A stretch of DNA of 64,000 nucleotides from SAR202 cluster bacterium (GTDB lineage Bacteria > Chloroflexota > Dehalococcoidia > UBA6926 > VFHL01), in assembly GCA_009392005.1 (NCBI GenBank), contig VFHL01000003.1:17221-81220 (forward strand). Reading direction: 5' to 3'. A model generated the notes under the pieces. It was not told where the DNA came from and made no database searches. It worked only from the letters and a program-made list of their open reading frames with translations. Made by a program: the position numbers and the translations under genes. Of the stretch, positions 50,340-61,355 are shown piece by piece (position 1 is the stretch's first letter; every line of letters begins with the position of its first letter).

Positions 50340-50735
50340 ATGACGACTCGAGGACGACGACAGCGCGTTAGAAGACGAGAACGGAAATCCGTTCCTGTTG
50401 GGCGCGCGTACATCAGATCCACATTCAACAATACTGTGGTGACTTTAACTGACTCAAATGGTAATACTCTCGCTTGGGGTTCTTCAGGAACAGCGGGGTT
50501 TAGTGGTTCACGAAAAGGAACAGCATTCGCCGCGCAAAAAGCCGCTGATGAAGCGGCAAAAAGTGCAATGGAACATGGGCTACGGCAAATAGACATTCAC
50601 GTGCGAGGACCAGGTAGTGGTCGTGAAGCAGCGATACGAGCTCTGCAAGCAGCTGGGCTCACAATAACAAGTATTCGCGATGTGACGCCAATTCCACATA
50701 ATGGAACGCGAGCTCCAAAAAGACGTCGCGTATAG
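50340..50735 (+). CDS. rpsK: 30S ribosomal protein S11
   Basis: 131 aa. [48 protein letters not shown]. Confidence 0.98.
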   Translation: MTTRGRRQRVRRRERKSVPVGRAYIRSTFNNTVVTLTDSNGNTLAWGSSGTAGFSGSRKGTAFAAQKAADEAAKSAMEHGLRQIDIHVRGPGSGREAAIRALQAAGLTITSIRDVTPIPHNGTRAPKRRRV

Positions 50736-50741
50736 GAGGAT

Positions 50742-51371
50742 TTGTTGGCAAGATATACTGGACCAGTTTGTCGTCAATGCAGGCGCGCTGGACAAAAATT
50801 ATTTATAAAAGGTGAACGTTGTTTAACCCCAAAGTGCGCGATTGAGCGCAGGCGAAGCACGCCTGGTGAGCAACCAACGAGAAGAAGACGGTTGTCAGAA
50901 TGGGGCACGCAACTGCGGGAAAAGCAGAAAGCACGCCAAATGTACGGGGTGCTGGAGAAGCAGTTCCGAAAACACTATGATGAGGCCAAACGGCGAACTG
51001 GTCTGACAGGCGAAAACCTCCTTCAGATACTTGAAAGCCGACTGGACAACACCGTTTATCGATTAGGATTTGCGGATTCCCGAGCGCAAGCACGGCAGTT
51101 GGTTCGTCACGGACATATCAGTGTCGATGGACGAAAAACGAACATCCCATCATACTTGGTTCAGCCAGGCCAAGTCCTCGCTTGGACTGAACGCGGCCAA
51201 AGAAGTGAATATTACAGTATCGTTACCCAGGAGATCCAAAAGCGTACCCCCGCATCATGGGTTACACTCGACCCATCAGCTATGCAAGGGAAGGTCGTTG
51301 GACTTCCGGAACGCTCAGAAATCGATAGTAGAATTGACGAACGACTAATCGTTGAATTCTACTCTCGATAA
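50742..51371 (+). CDS. rpsD: 30S ribosomal protein S4 (Cys-cluster N-terminus)
   Basis: 209 aa. ARYTGPVCRQCRRAGQKLFIKGERCLTPKCAIERR, and an S4 RNA-binding domain RLDNTVYRLGFADSRAQARQLVRHGHISVDG. Confidence 0.97.
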   Translation: MLARYTGPVCRQCRRAGQKLFIKGERCLTPKCAIERRRSTPGEQPTRRRRLSEWGTQLREKQKARQMYGVLEKQFRKHYDEAKRRTGLTGENLLQILESRLDNTVYRLGFADSRAQARQLVRHGHISVDGRKTNIPSYLVQPGQVLAWTERGQRSEYYSIVTQEIQKRTPASWVTLDPSAMQGKVVGLPERSEIDSRIDERLIVEFYSR

Positions 51372-51387
51372 GAGACGAGGAAAAGTT

Positions 51388-52470
51388 TTGACAGAATCAT
51401 TATTACCGGAGATTGAAGTTGTCGAGTTGACGCCTGACTATGGGAAATTTATATTTCAGCCATTAGGACGTGGGTTTGGTTCAACACTTGGAAATGCCTT
51501 GCGCCGGGTTTTATTGGGTGCACTTCCAGGTTACGCTGTTACATCCGTAAAAATCGATGGCGTACAACACGAATACTCAACAATAGAACATATGAAGGAA
51601 GACGTAATCGAGTTCCTTTTGAACGTCAAAGGAATCAGATTCCGCCCGGTTGCACCGCAAGAAGCACCGGTGTCTATGACATTAGATTGGACTGGCGAAG
51701 GGACAGTAAAAGCCGGGGATATTCAAAAAGCCGGTGAATATGAAATTGTGAACCCTGGCCTCCACCTTGCGACTTTGGATAGCAAAGATGCTAGCCTTTC
51801 AGCTGAATTTCAAGTGATGCAAGGGGTTGGCTACAAGTCTCCAAGTGAAGAAAACGAAGAGGCTATGATCGGTGAAATACCAGTAGATGCAGTGTTCACA
51901 CCAATTCGCAATGTGAATTATGAAGTACAGCATACCCGCGTAGGACAAATAACTGACTACGATCGTTTAGTCATGGAAATCCATACAGATGAGACTATTG
52001 GTCCTAAAGAAGCGGCTTCAGAAGCCGCACGCATATTAGCGGGATATTTGTCGCTCATCACTAGTATGGGTGACCCCGTACCAGTCCCAGAGCCAGATCA
52101 GCAACGCCCAAAGGAAACATCTGAACTACCAGATGAGTTGTACAACCTCTCAATTGAGGATCTGAAACTTTCCGCACGAACTTCAAACTGCCTTCGCCGA
52201 GGCAACATCAACACCGTAGGCGAGGTTTTAGAAAGAAGTGATACTGAACTTCTCGCACTGCGCAATTTTGGAGAACGCTCTCTAAAAGAATTAAAGGAAC
52301 ATTTAACTCAAATCGGCGCCATCCAAACTTCAGGTGATCAAGAAGGCTATCCGGATGGTGCAGATACAGCTACAGAAGTATTGACTTCCTACTCGACAAC
52401 CGGGGAGGAAGACACATCAGAAATAGAACCCGTCCCACCAACCACTGGACGGACTTTCTTACCAGATTAA
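51388..52470 (+). CDS. rpoA: DNA-directed RNA polymerase subunit alpha with about 45-aa acidic C-terminal tail
   Basis: NTD ([23 protein letters not shown]) and CTD ([28 protein letters not shown]) motifs. I prefer TTG 51388, after GAGGAAAA, because the track's 51352 start overlaps rpsD. Confidence 0.95.
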   Translation: MTESLLPEIEVVELTPDYGKFIFQPLGRGFGSTLGNALRRVLLGALPGYAVTSVKIDGVQHEYSTIEHMKEDVIEFLLNVKGIRFRPVAPQEAPVSMTLDWTGEGTVKAGDIQKAGEYEIVNPGLHLATLDSKDASLSAEFQVMQGVGYKSPSEENEEAMIGEIPVDAVFTPIRNVNYEVQHTRVGQITDYDRLVMEIHTDETIGPKEAASEAARILAGYLSLITSMGDPVPVPEPDQQRPKETSELPDELYNLSIEDLKLSARTSNCLRRGNINTVGEVLERSDTELLALRNFGERSLKELKEHLTQIGAIQTSGDQEGYPDGADTATEVLTSYSTTGEEDTSEIEPVPPTTGRTFLPD

Positions 52471-52487
52471 GTGACGGAGGAATAGCA

Positions 52488-52901
52488 ATGCGACATAGAA
52501 AAGCTGGTAGGAAGCTCGGCTTGAAAACTGCGCCTAGACTGTCGATGCTTCGAAATCTTACAACTGACCTCTTAAATCATGAAGAATTGACGACAACGGA
52601 GCCAAAAGCAAAAGAAATTCGTCGTTTAACAGAAAAGATGATCACATTAGGAAAAAAAGGACATCGAGCCGCCGTCGAGGCAGAACAAAAAAGTGATTCG
52701 GAAAAGCAACAATTACTGGCAACGAGTCTGCATCACAGACGAGAGGCATTAAAATTCATCGTATCTAACGAGACCGTCAAAAAAACTTTCGAAAGCTTGG
52801 CGGAGCGATATGAAGACCGCCCCGGCGGATATACTCGAATCGTCAAACTAGGACCTCGGCGTGGTGATGGTGCACCGATGGCGATGATCCAGCTAGTCTA
52901 A
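52488..52901 (+). CDS. rplQ: 50S ribosomal protein L17
   Basis: 137 aa. [50 protein letters not shown]. Confidence 0.97.
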   Translation: MRHRKAGRKLGLKTAPRLSMLRNLTTDLLNHEELTTTEPKAKEIRRLTEKMITLGKKGHRAAVEAEQKSDSEKQQLLATSLHHRREALKFIVSNETVKKTFESLAERYEDRPGGYTRIVKLGPRRGDGAPMAMIQLV

Positions 52902-52990
52902 AAAATCATTAACAGAAATGCGAAAACCTGGTACAAATGGTTTCAACTATCAGCGAGACCAATTGTACCAATGAGACACTCAACCTATTC

Positions 52991-53767
52991 ATGAGCAAAG
53001 TACTTCTAGTTTTGGAATATGAAGGCACCAGGTACTCTGGCTTCCAATTGCAGCAAGAATCGACCCAAACGATACAAGGCTGCATAGAAAACGCTATCTT
53101 CATGCTTACAAACGAACGAACAAGATTAATCGGAGCAAGCAGAACTGACGCAGGGGTGCACGCAGAGGGACAGGTGGCCACTTTCCAAACGAACACATCT
53201 TTTTCTTCAGACAAATACCGTAGCGGGCTAAACCATTACCTTCCATCAGATATTACTGTCCGCAAAGCTGCTTTCGTTAATGACCATTTCAACCCAAGAC
53301 GAGATGCACGAAGCCGGACTTATAGATATTCAATTCTTAATCGCCATGCACCCTCAGCGATCCACAGAAATTTCACCCTCCACTGGAGATCCAAACTGAA
53401 CGTGTCCTTGATGCAAAAAGCCGCTGGGAATCTCGTTGGGGAACACGATATGCTGTCTTTTATATCTAACCCCACCGACGAAATCACAACCATACGCAAA
53501 TTTTCCTGCGCAAATGTATGGGAAGAAAATGAAATGGTTATCATAGAGATGGAAGCAAATGGATTCTTGCCTCAACAAATCAGGCGCACCACAGGCGCTC
53601 TAATACGAGTTGGTGAAGAAAAACTCTCTATAGAAGAATTCGCGCAGATGATACAATGCCCTAGGCGAGGAGCCGCTCCTTGGTCGCTACCCTCAAACGG
53701 CCTCTCCTTAATTAAAGTAAATTATTGCCACGAAAGACTGGACGAAAACATTTATGAAAACGTATAG
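52991..53767 (+). CDS. truA: tRNA pseudouridine(38-40) synthase TruA
   Basis: [16 protein letters not shown] and catalytic [16 protein letters not shown] prefer ATG 52991 over the track's 52937. Confidence 0.93.
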   Translation: MSKVLLVLEYEGTRYSGFQLQQESTQTIQGCIENAIFMLTNERTRLIGASRTDAGVHAEGQVATFQTNTSFSSDKYRSGLNHYLPSDITVRKAAFVNDHFNPRRDARSRTYRYSILNRHAPSAIHRNFTLHWRSKLNVSLMQKAAGNLVGEHDMLSFISNPTDEITTIRKFSCANVWEENEMVIIEMEANGFLPQQIRRTTGALIRVGEEKLSIEEFAQMIQCPRRGAAPWSLPSNGLSLIKVNYCHERLDENIYENV

Positions 53768-54392
53768 CACAAAACCTTCAGACATCAAACGTGACTGGCA
53801 CGTCATTGATGCCGAAGGCGAAACCCTTGGGCGCCTTGCCTCTAAAATAGCTCAACTGCTAAAGGGCAAGCATAAACCCGAATACGTGCCGCATCTCGAC
53901 ACGGGCGACCATGTAATTGTCGTTAACGCAGAAAAAATCCGAGTGACAGGGAAAAAAATCGTCGACAAAACATATTACCGCCACTCTGGATATCCAGGCG
54001 GACTACATGAAACTAAACTTGGCAAGATGCTAGATACGCATCCCACAAGGGTCATTGAACTCGCTGTCCGCGGCATGCTTCCACATAATGCCCTTGGAAG
54101 GCAAATGTTCCGTAAACTTAATGTTTATGCGGGACCGGACCACCCACATGTAGCTCAAATAAACTGGGGGGAAGGCAAATCCCCAACACCCAAAAAGAAT
54201 GCCCGCAAACGTCGAAGGCTTAAAGAACGCCTCGCGAATGAAGCGATGGGAGAAGCTGTAACAGAAGAAGCACCATCCGCTGTTGAGGAAACTGCGGAAG
54301 CACAGCCATCAAGTGACGAAAAACCGCTTGATGCTGACAACACCACTGAAGCTAACACTGAAGATAGTTCAGACGAATCTAAGACGAATTAA
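53754..54392 (+). CDS. rplM: 50S ribosomal protein L13 with about 75-aa basic-then-acidic C-terminal tail
   Basis: 212 aa. Core [43 protein letters not shown]. Overlaps the truA 3' end by 14 nt. Confidence 0.96.
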   Translation: MKTYSTKPSDIKRDWHVIDAEGETLGRLASKIAQLLKGKHKPEYVPHLDTGDHVIVVNAEKIRVTGKKIVDKTYYRHSGYPGGLHETKLGKMLDTHPTRVIELAVRGMLPHNALGRQMFRKLNVYAGPDHPHVAQINWGEGKSPTPKKNARKRRRLKERLANEAMGEAVTEEAPSAVEETAEAQPSSDEKPLDADNTTEANTEDSSDESKTN

Positions 54393-54424
54393 ATTCGCGT
54401 AATTGCCCAAATAGGAGAAACCTA

Positions 54425-54823
54425 ATGGCCCAACAGACTTATCATTATGGAACTGGTCGTCGCAAAACGGCGATAGCTCGTGTTCGCCTGTATCCTGGGA
54501 CAGGCCAGAATTTTATCATCAATGGCAAACCTCTTATAGAAAGTTTTCCTCTTGAAGTGCATCGCCGCAGTATTTTGTCGCCCCTCCTGCTCGTCAATGC
54601 CGCTGATAAATTTGACGCTTCTATCAAAGTAACTGGAGGCGGCATAACTGGCCGAGCAGAAGCAATCAGACACGGGGTCGCGAGGGCATTACTAAGTTCG
54701 GATTCCAATTTAAGACCATCAATCAAAAAAGCTGGTTATTTAACAAGAGACTCGCGTGCTAAAGAACGAAACAAATACGGCTTTGTACGAGCACGTAAAA
54801 GGAAACAATACACCAAGCGTTAG
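54425..54823 (+). CDS. rpsI: 30S ribosomal protein S9
   Basis: 132 aa. GTGRRKTAIARVRL, GGGITGRAEAIRHGVARAL, RDSRAKERNKYGFVRARKRKQYTKR. Confidence 0.98.
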   Translation: MAQQTYHYGTGRRKTAIARVRLYPGTGQNFIINGKPLIESFPLEVHRRSILSPLLLVNAADKFDASIKVTGGGITGRAEAIRHGVARALLSSDSNLRPSIKKAGYLTRDSRAKERNKYGFVRARKRKQYTKR

Positions 54824-54928
54824 TATACGGAGATTGATTCTATCCCACGACGGCAATTTGTTTCACAACATCATCGCAACAAAACCTCCAATCCCTAATA
54901 CAAGCGGCCAATCTGGACAACAAGTGGC

Positions 54929-56185
54929 ATGCTAAAAATCCCTGTAAATCGCCGGCCGAACATATTCTATGGTTGGTGGATTGTACTGCTCGCTGTCTTC
55001 TTAAATATTTATCAAGGAGGCATCCTGTTTTATGGGTTTACATTGCTAATCACGCCTATGCGTGAAGAAATGAACTGGTCATATACAGCAATTTCGTCCG
55101 TCTACCTTTTCATGGGTGCGATTCATATGATAGTCGCCCCAGCTTTGGGTTATTCTTTCGATAAAATTGGTCCGCGACCTCTGATGGCAGGTGGCATTTT
55201 CTTGATGGGTCTAGGTCTTTTGCTGCTCGGATTTACCCAAACGTTATGGGGTTTCTACTTCACGTTCATATTGGCAAATCTTGGAGCGAGCGGCATGTGG
55301 AATGCAACGGGAGCAGCCGTTCCAAACTGGTTTATACAAAAGCGTGGCCGAGCATTAGGAACTCAAAGCTTAGGGTATGCTCTCGCTGGAATAATGACAG
55401 TCCCATTCCTATTCTTCATTGACTCTTATGGATGGAGAACCGCGGTCATGGTAGCAGGAATTGTCACTTGGTTTCTAATCATCCCGGCAACTGCGATAGT
55501 GCGCAAACGTCCCGAAGATTATGGCTTATGGCCTGATGGAATCAAACCCTCAAAAACCCCCGAAGATTCTAATGAAATCACCGAGATCAATATAGGCGTT
55601 CGGGACGCCGTACAAACCCAGGCATTTTGGTTCCTAGCTCTTGGATTCAGCATGGGATTCCTTGCGATTTCTGCAATCCAAGTGTACGAAACACCATTTA
55701 TGCAAAGTGTTGGGTATTCTCGGCGAGCAGCAGCTCTCTTACTTACTGTAATACCACTCTCAACAATATTTGGGAGATTAGGTTTCGGTTACCTCGCCGA
55801 TTACTGGGATAAGCAAAAAGCCGCGGCCATCGCTCTTTTCCTGCAATCAATTGCAGTCATCATACTCGCCTTTTTTGACTCTTCCCGTGTTTGGTTAATC
55901 CCTATTTTCTTAATCTTTTGGGGCCTTGGCTTTGGAGGAACTGTGGTGCTTCGACCCGCATTGCAAGGCGACTTATTCGGCCGCAAGTCATTTGGGACGA
56001 TTCAAGGAGTTCTCTCAACAACAGGTGAAATCGGTTTTATGTTCGCTCCAGTTGTAGCCGGCATTACCTTTGATGTTCTAGGAAGTTTTCAACCAGTTTT
56101 CATTGCCTTCGCGATATTAACTTTAACAGCTGCCCCAATCGTTCTTACAATCCGGAAGCCGCGGCCAAATCTAGGTGAACCCTAA
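54929..56185 (+). CDS. MFS transporter
   Basis: 418 aa, about 12 TM segments in a 6+6 arrangement with a central hydrophilic loop, and a D-K-x-G-P-R-type motif (FDKIGPRP) after TM2. Confidence 0.8.
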   Translation: MLKIPVNRRPNIFYGWWIVLLAVFLNIYQGGILFYGFTLLITPMREEMNWSYTAISSVYLFMGAIHMIVAPALGYSFDKIGPRPLMAGGIFLMGLGLLLLGFTQTLWGFYFTFILANLGASGMWNATGAAVPNWFIQKRGRALGTQSLGYALAGIMTVPFLFFIDSYGWRTAVMVAGIVTWFLIIPATAIVRKRPEDYGLWPDGIKPSKTPEDSNEITEINIGVRDAVQTQAFWFLALGFSMGFLAISAIQVYETPFMQSVGYSRRAAALLLTVIPLSTIFGRLGFGYLADYWDKQKAAAIALFLQSIAVIILAFFDSSRVWLIPIFLIFWGLGFGGTVVLRPALQGDLFGRKSFGTIQGVLSTTGEIGFMFAPVVAGITFDVLGSFQPVFIAFAILTLTAAPIVLTIRKPRPNLGEP

Positions 56186-56282
56186 GTCTTTCCATAGAAA
56201 ATGATCTGTTGAGTAGATAACAAATCACCTTGAAATTCGAAATGTTTTCACCAAAAAGCCTAATCCAGTCAAACAAAGTTTG

Positions 56283-57365
56283 TCAGTCAAATTTACTGAT
56301 ACGATCGACTTCAGATTGATCTAGCCTTTTTATCACTGCAACAACCAAAGCAATCGCATTATCAAAATCACTGCGGTGAATCACGCCGTTGTGGCTATGA
56401 AGATATCGAGTTGGGACAGAAATATTAATAGCAGGTATACCGCTACGTGATCTTTGCATCTGTGCTCCATCTTCGCCATAACCACTAAGGATTTCGTATT
56501 GAACTGGTATAGATTCCTCTTTCGCTACCTCGACAATAAAGTCACGAAGTTTTAGATTCGGTAACATTGATGCATCATGAAGAAAAATACCGGGACCATC
56601 ACCTAATTTTTCTTGTGCTTCGTCCTGGGTAATACCTGGGTAATCTGCTGCCACACCTGACTCAAGATTAATCCCGATATCAGGAGATACAAGAGTAGAA
56701 CTTGTTTGCGCACCCCTTAGGCCAACCTCCTCTTGCACGGTGGCAACACCATAAAGTGCATTGCGTAACGTTGTCTCCTTCAATGAACGAAATATCTCAA
56801 TCATTGCAGCAACGCCAATACGGTCATCCCAGGCCTTGCCCAAATACAAGGGGCTGTCATTCAAGACTTGGAATTTGCTATCAGGAGCTATTGGATCCCC
56901 TGGTTGAATTCCAAGGCGCTGTTCAGCATCTTCTTTGTCTGTCGCTCCAACATCAATAAACATCTCTTCGCGTTTAAAGATCTTGCCTCGTGCATCAGCT
57001 GGAATTACGTGTGGCGTTTTGATACCAGTCAGCCCGTGCACGTGTCCATTCTTTGTGGCAATAACCCACCGTTGATTTATTAGGCTTTGATCCAACCAGC
57101 CACCTAATGTTTGAAATTTCACATACCCATCTAAAGTAATGTATTTAACCATCAGGCCGACTTCATCCATATGGCCCGCCAACATGATTTTTGGCACCCC
57201 ATCCAGTTGACTCTGCCTGGCAACCACAGAACCCAGTCCATCTGTCTCAACTGAATGCGCCAATGGTACAATCTCTCTTCGGAAAATTTCTCTCACTGGA
57301 GCTTCAAATCCTGTAGGCGCGTAAGCATTACTTAGCTCTTCTAATAACCTTTGCACTCTCGCCAT
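56283..57365 (-). CDS. M42 family metallopeptidase (glutamyl aminopeptidase / FrvX / CelM-like)
   Basis: 360 aa. LSNAYAPTGFE, MLAGHMDEVGLMV, AWDDRIG, VQEEVGLRGA, PTRYLHS motifs characteristic of M42. Confidence 0.88.
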   Translation of the reverse strand: MARVQRLLEELSNAYAPTGFEAPVREIFRREIVPLAHSVETDGLGSVVARQSQLDGVPKIMLAGHMDEVGLMVKYITLDGYVKFQTLGGWLDQSLINQRWVIATKNGHVHGLTGIKTPHVIPADARGKIFKREEMFIDVGATDKEDAEQRLGIQPGDPIAPDSKFQVLNDSPLYLGKAWDDRIGVAAMIEIFRSLKETTLRNALYGVATVQEEVGLRGAQTSSTLVSPDIGINLESGVAADYPGITQDEAQEKLGDGPGIFLHDASMLPNLKLRDFIVEVAKEESIPVQYEILSGYGEDGAQMQRSRSGIPAINISVPTRYLHSHNGVIHRSDFDNAIALVVAVIKRLDQSEVDRISKFD

Positions 57366-57493
57366 TTCATGACCTCCAAATTTTTCAACACTATAAATGA
57401 TTCCAGGCCGTCGTCCTTCAATGAAACGCGCAGAAAAAACAAGAGATGCAAATTAACTACCATTCCGATTGAATGATCCTTGTCGCACCCAAA

Positions 57494-59251
57494 TTAATCA
57501 TCCTCAAGCGTCGATATGTCACCTTCTGGCAATCCCAGTTCTCTAGCTTTCAGCAGACGACGCATAATTTTCCCACTTCGTGTTTTCGGTAATGAATCTA
57601 CGAACTCTATTTCCCTAGGCGCAACTGCAGATGAAAGTTTCGTACGAGCAAACCGGTTAAGATCTCGTCGAAGTTCATCTGTCACTTCATATCCTTCTTT
57701 TAACGCTACAAATGCCTTAACAACTTCCATAGCAATTGGATCTGGTTTACCGATAACACCTGCCTCAGCAACCGCAGGATGTTCAATAAGCGCACTTTCA
57801 ACCTCAAAAGGTCCAACAAGATGTCCAGCCGTATTGATGACATCATCAGCGCGCCCCATGAACCAAAAATATCCATCTTCATCTTGACGAGCTTTGTCTC
57901 CGGTGATATACCACCCCTTCAGGAATCGTGAATTATAACGCTCAGGAGCTTGCCAATAAGAATGGAACTGGGATGGCCAACCAGATCGTATCGCTAAGTG
58001 CCCATCTTGGCCCGGTGGCAATTCATTATACTCATCATCCAAAATACCCACACGGATTCCAGGAATCGGACGCCCCATTGAACCCGGTCGAACCGGCATC
58101 CAAGCATAATTAGCAATCAAAATAGCGCCCGTCTCAGTTTGCCACCAATTATCATGAATCGGTTGACCAAAAACACCTTGTCCCCATACAACAGCTTCCG
58201 GATTGAGAGGCTCTCCCACACTATTGATATGGCGTAGCGATGAAAGGTCATATCTTGCAGGAATATCCTCACCAGCCTTCATCAACATACGCACTGCCGT
58301 AGGAGCTGTGTACCAAACTGTCACTTTATGACGCTGGATCATCTCATACCACCGACTCGCGCTGAATCCACTTTCATCAATTAGCTGTGTAACACCGTTA
58401 CTCCATGGTGCAAACATCCCATATGACGTACCTGTAACCCAACCTGGGTCTGCTGTGCACCAGTACAAATCATCCTCTTGTAAGTCAAGAACCCATTTCC
58501 CTGTTGCGTATTGTTGAACAATAGCTAAATGTCGATGTACAGCTCCTTTTGGCTTACCGGTAGTGCCAGAGGTATAGTGCATCACGGAATAATCGTACAT
58601 CGTCGTATTTTCAATCGTAAATTCATCAGAAGCTGCGCCTACAATGGTCTCATAAGAAACATCCTTGGATCCCATGGGAGGGTTTTCATGCCGACCATCT
58701 TTATTAATAACAATTACATGCTTCAGTGCAGGTAAATCATCTATTATAGTGGCAACTCGTTCCCGCAAATCTGGAGATGTAAGAAGAGCGACCGCACCTG
58801 CATCTTCAAGACGATCTCGCACTGGATCAGGGCCAAAAGCAGAAAACAATGGACCTGCGATAGCTCCAATTTTTAAAATTCCAAAAAAGGAAAAATACAA
58901 TTCTGGAATCCGCTCCAAAAAAAGGAAAACGCGATCACCTTTCTTAATCCCAATTTCGTTCAACGCATTCGCCACCTTATTCGTTTCTCTTCGAAGCTCT
59001 TGAAACGTGTAGGTTTCCTGCTCTCCGTTCTTTCCTTCCCAAATTAATGCAGGCTTATTTCGTTTCGGTCCTTCCGCATGACGATCAATACATTCGTAAG
59101 CCTTATTTAAGCCTCCACCTGGGAGCCAATCGAGCTCGCTGTACATATCCTCCCATTCAAAGGTCGCAGTCATCTCCTGATAATTATCCAGATTTGGTCT
59201 AACACTCATCTCATCTACAGTTGGTTTTGCAATCTCTTCTTCAAGATCCAT
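57494..59251 (-). CDS. AMP-forming acyl/acetyl-CoA synthetase (AcsA-like)
   Basis: AMP-binding motif YTSGTTGKPKG, YWCTADPGWVTG, GDKARQDEDGYFWFMGRADDVI, and C-terminal PKTRSGKIMRR. I prefer ATG 59251, after GAGGTGG, over the track's 59266. Confidence 0.9.
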   Translation of the reverse strand: MDLEEEIAKPTVDEMSVRPNLDNYQEMTATFEWEDMYSELDWLPGGGLNKAYECIDRHAEGPKRNKPALIWEGKNGEQETYTFQELRRETNKVANALNEIGIKKGDRVFLFLERIPELYFSFFGILKIGAIAGPLFSAFGPDPVRDRLEDAGAVALLTSPDLRERVATIIDDLPALKHVIVINKDGRHENPPMGSKDVSYETIVGAASDEFTIENTTMYDYSVMHYTSGTTGKPKGAVHRHLAIVQQYATGKWVLDLQEDDLYWCTADPGWVTGTSYGMFAPWSNGVTQLIDESGFSASRWYEMIQRHKVTVWYTAPTAVRMLMKAGEDIPARYDLSSLRHINSVGEPLNPEAVVWGQGVFGQPIHDNWWQTETGAILIANYAWMPVRPGSMGRPIPGIRVGILDDEYNELPPGQDGHLAIRSGWPSQFHSYWQAPERYNSRFLKGWYITGDKARQDEDGYFWFMGRADDVINTAGHLVGPFEVESALIEHPAVAEAGVIGKPDPIAMEVVKAFVALKEGYEVTDELRRDLNRFARTKLSSAVAPREIEFVDSLPKTRSGKIMRRLLKARELGLPEGDISTLEDD

Positions 59252-59490
59252 GATCCACCACCTCATTCTCAGCTAGCCTTAACGCACATTTGTACGCTTT
59301 GGATGACTGTATTAGACACAAGACATCACTGTCAAACGCCAAAGAGTATCTGTTTATCATGCTCGTAAAGTAATTCTGGATATTTTTTCCATTACCAAAC
59401 AACACGATCAAAAATGTTTTTCTAAAGGGAAAAGCATCAGAGATATTTCTCCCATGTTATACTCCCGTCACATTTACATAGGAAAATGGA

Positions 59491-61215
59491 ATGAGCCAGT
59501 TTCGTATCGGTCTCGCCCAAATAAACTCAACCGTCGGAGATTTAGACGGCAATTCTCAAAAAATAATCGAATATATACATGCTGCACGCGATAAGGGAAT
59601 TGATCTAATCGCCTTTCCTGAGCTCGCCCTAATTGGTTACCCTCCCGAAGATCTTTTACTCAAGCCTAGTTTCTTGGCTGAAGCAAAGTCATACCTTGAA
59701 AAAATCATCGAAAACTCTACAGGTATTGCTGCAGTTGTCGGATGCGTTGAAAGAATTGATACTGACATCTTTAACGGAGCAGCTATATTCAGTAACAGAA
59801 ATTTAATCAACATCTATCACAAAATCCTACTCCCCAACTATGGAGTATTTGACGAAGAACGGTATTTTGAAGCAGGTGCGGAATACCCAGTTTTCACGGT
59901 ACGAGGAATAAGAATAGGAGTAAATATCTGCGAAGACATCTGGTTTGAAGATGGACCAACGTCGGACCAATGTGCGGCAGGAGCAGAAATCATTGTCAAC
60001 ATTAATGGATCTCCTTATCACCGCAACAAACGAAATGACCGATACAAAATGCTGAAGAAACGAGCACAAGATAACAACGTCATCGTAACCTATACAAACC
60101 TGGTTGGTGGCCAAGACGAATTAGTTTTCGATGGATCTAGTATGATTCTTGATCACAATGGACTTCTTCTCGGTGAAGCAAAACAATTTGAAGAAGACCT
60201 TCTCATAATGGATTTCGATACCGAAACCTTGCAGCAAAAACGCATAGATCCTACGAATGCTACCTCAAAAGTCATCCACTACAGCATCCCTGACGACAAT
60301 CCAGAAATGTCTACAAAACCCAAACTAGAATCCCAAGAGCGATGGACACCGCTTGACTCAGTTGAAGAGGTACATCACGCCCTTGTTATAGGAACACGTG
60401 ACTACGTTACAAAGAGTGGGTTTCAAAAAGTCTTGATTGGGATGTCAGGGGGAATAGATTCAGCGTTAACCATGGTACTTGCAGTGGAAGCACTCGGCGC
60501 AGAAAATGTCACCGGGATCACAATGCCAACACGTTTTTCATCAGAAGGTAGTGTAAATGATTCAATTCAATTAGCTAAAAACCTGGGAGTAAATATTCAG
60601 ACAATTCCGATTGAAACAACTTTCAACACTTTACTTTCAACACTAGAACCGGTGTTCGCGGATACAAAGCCAAATACTGCTGAAGAGAATTTACAAGCTC
60701 GTATTCGCGGAAACATTCTTATGGCTGTCTCAAATAAGTTCGGTTGGCTTGTACTCACCACTGGAAACAAGAGCGAAATGGCAACGGGTTATGCGACCCT
60801 ATATGGAGACATGGCAGGTGGTTTTGCAGTCATCAAAGATGTCCCCAAAACCCTCGTCTACGAATTGTCAGAACGAATCAACGAAAGTGCCGAATTCGAG
60901 TTGATCCCCCGAGAAATTATTGACAAGGAACCCTCGGCAGAACTCAGAGAAAACCAGAAAGACATTGACAGCCTTCCTCCATATTCAACTTTAGATCCAA
61001 TCCTAGAAGCCTATGTTGAAAAAGACCGTAGTATCGAAGATATGGTAGAAATGGGTTTTGATCTCGAATTAGTAAAACAGGCGGTTGCGCTAGTGGATAA
61101 AAGTGAATACAAGCGGCGGCAAGCACCTCCAGGCGTTAAAATCACGCCTCGTGCCTTCGGAAGAGATCGCCGTCTCCCAATTGTGAATAAATATAATCCA
61201 CTTGCAACGCTATGA
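59491..61215 (+). CDS. nadE: Glutamine-dependent NAD+ synthetase (CN-hydrolase domain + NAD synthetase domain)
   Basis: 574 aa. Nitrilase-like N-terminus (FPELALIGYPPEDL, NICEDIW) and PP-loop GMSGGIDSAL. Confidence 0.95.
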   Translation: MSQFRIGLAQINSTVGDLDGNSQKIIEYIHAARDKGIDLIAFPELALIGYPPEDLLLKPSFLAEAKSYLEKIIENSTGIAAVVGCVERIDTDIFNGAAIFSNRNLINIYHKILLPNYGVFDEERYFEAGAEYPVFTVRGIRIGVNICEDIWFEDGPTSDQCAAGAEIIVNINGSPYHRNKRNDRYKMLKKRAQDNNVIVTYTNLVGGQDELVFDGSSMILDHNGLLLGEAKQFEEDLLIMDFDTETLQQKRIDPTNATSKVIHYSIPDDNPEMSTKPKLESQERWTPLDSVEEVHHALVIGTRDYVTKSGFQKVLIGMSGGIDSALTMVLAVEALGAENVTGITMPTRFSSEGSVNDSIQLAKNLGVNIQTIPIETTFNTLLSTLEPVFADTKPNTAEENLQARIRGNILMAVSNKFGWLVLTTGNKSEMATGYATLYGDMAGGFAVIKDVPKTLVYELSERINESAEFELIPREIIDKEPSAELRENQKDIDSLPPYSTLDPILEAYVEKDRSIEDMVEMGFDLELVKQAVALVDKSEYKRRQAPPGVKITPRAFGRDRRLPIVNKYNPLATL

Positions 61216-61355
61216 ATCATTTGGAGATCCAATAACATATCAAATGTTATGCAAAAATACTTGTACAATAAAAACAGTCTCGTAGTATAATTCCAAAGAA
61301 ATATTGGAAGAGACTCACTGAACTGCTTGAAATTTGAATTTGAAGAGGAGATTTT

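Noticed and set aside
61236-61254. AT-rich inverted repeat ataacat-atcaa-atgttat just after nadE and upstream of the ferredoxin gene
   Set aside because: The stem is only 7 bp, all A/T apart from one G/C pair, with no U-tract. It is too weak to call as a terminator or operator without comparative data.
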